Part shown: positions 19,904 through 21,018 of the stretch, piece by piece
How the letters are laid out: every line of letters starts with the position of its first letter
Position numbering within the stretch: the stretch's first letter is position 1
Source of the DNA: Octopus sinensis
Lineage: Eukaryota
Reading direction: 5' to 3'
DNA: 21,018 bases
NCBI RefSeq assembly: GCF_006345805.1
Contig: NW_021823931.1
Coordinates: 1 to 21,018, forward strand
Notes under the pieces: generated by a model
The model's database searches: none
What the model saw: the letters and a program-made list of their open reading frames with translations, nothing else
Told to the model about the DNA's origin: nothing
Made by a program: the position numbers and the translations under genes

Positions 19904-20150
19904 CTTATTATTTAACACACTCACCGGTAAAATTTCCACTTATTTCTTATTTTTGTTTTCTTAAAGTTTCGTTGCGTCTTGCAACCTTTTCAATAGTCTT
20001 GACTCTTGAAAAGAGTCAAGACTATTGAAAAGGTTGCAAGACGCAACGGAGTCAAGACTATTGAAAGGGTTGCAAGACACAACGAAACTTTCAGAAAATA
20101 AAAATAAGAAATAAGTGGAAATTTTACCGGCGTGTGTGTTAAATTATAAG
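19904..20150. mobile_element. ~250-bp foldback palindrome (probable palindromic MITE) with a 36-bp duplication in the right arm
   Basis: Inner arms 19970-20007 / 20011-20048 are perfect 38-bp inverted repeats around loop GAA; outer arms 19905-19969 / 20085-20149 pair with 5 mismatches in 65 bp; 20049-20084 repeats 20013-20048 with 2 mismatches. Confidence 0.8.
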
Positions 20151-20600
20151 GCACAAAAAGAAAATGACTCTCTCCAGACACAACAGAATATGCTTCAATA
20201 CACGAACTCATATAAAGAATCATGCAAACCAAATCCAAAAACGAAATATGTCTAGAAACAATTTACTGAAACCTCGATGTCACTGCCAAAGCTTCCCTGT
20301 AAAAGTTTTATATATACACTTATGCAAAGTAATCTTTTAAGTAACAACCTTCATTGATGCGTCTCTAAGTTATAGCATTTTAAGAAAAATATTACAGAAA
20401 GTGAATACTTCGTTGGGAACCCCAAATCGATGCTGCGACAGGTCCACGCGGCTCGCAAGTCAACGGTGGATCAGCCGTCAATGTGGAATGTCGAATAGAA
20501 TCTATAGATATAAATTGTAGTACACTAAAGCATTGATAGAAAACGGCGCTAAGGAACCAGAGATTCATATGTGTATTCATGCATTCATGCATATATACAT

Positions 20601-20642
<42 letters not shown>

Positions 20643-20869
20643 TACATACAAAGGGAGAGAGAAACAGAAATAAAGAGTAACATAAAGGCACACACAAGCA
20701 TATATGTATATATGTATGCATGTATGTACGTATGCTGTGCCAGTCGATAGTATTTCACTGGATATTACAATGTATTAAAATAATTTACTTTCGTACTTCT
20801 GTATTTCTCAGCAGAGGAAGCGTAATGCGGTTTATTGCACCTATTACTAAGTACTTGTAAATACAGGCA

Positions 20870-20875
20870 AACTAC

Positions 20876-20916
<41 letters not shown>

Positions 20917-20967
20917 TATATAGATATATATATATATACATATATAGATATACATATACATATATAT

Positions 20968-20999
<32 letters not shown>

Positions 21000-21018
21000 A
21001 TATATATATATATATTAT
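20870..21018. repeat. (TA)n microsatellite to window end
   Basis: Direct reading. Confidence 0.95.

Noticed and set aside
20440-20485. GC-rich hairpin as a Helitron 3' end
   Set aside because: Imperfect stem and no CTRR terminus at the expected distance.
1-21018. CRISPR array, rRNA, or prokaryotic/viral genes
   Set aside because: No repeat-spacer periodicity, no rRNA motifs, no gene-dense coding; all repeats are simple or transposon-derived.

Overview
AT-rich, microsatellite-saturated eukaryotic non-coding DNA (intergenic or deep intronic), most likely from an octopus; this is inferred from the tRNA-derived SINE families and repeat landscape, not from a database match. I find no supportable host protein-coding exon, and almost all ORFs in the track are translations of simple repeats. 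The window contains: (1) two tRNA-headed SINE families, A (three near-full copies plus fragments) and B (one copy with a 17-bp TSD plus fragments); (2) decayed retroelement coding remnants: a Penelope-like GIY-YIG endonuclease C-terminus (3908-4232, -), an L1/Tx1-like ORF1 with a CCHC knuckle (8244-9380, -), and three R4/Dong-like fragments in tandem within (TAA)n tracts (16441-17686, -); (3) a mariner-like MITE and a ~250-bp foldback palindrome; (4) four sequence-unrelated motifs with minimal hammerhead-ribozyme architecture, each followed ~90-150 bp later by a TA run. Item 4 is the most interesting signal, but each motif has at least one catalytic-core deviation, so these are probably relics of Penelope-type terminal repeats rather than active ribozymes. 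A few short unique islands between the repeats carry Sox, YY1-like and paired-homeodomain motifs and are candidate enhancers. Nothing here shows a wholly new system; the findings are hypotheses with explicit tests.
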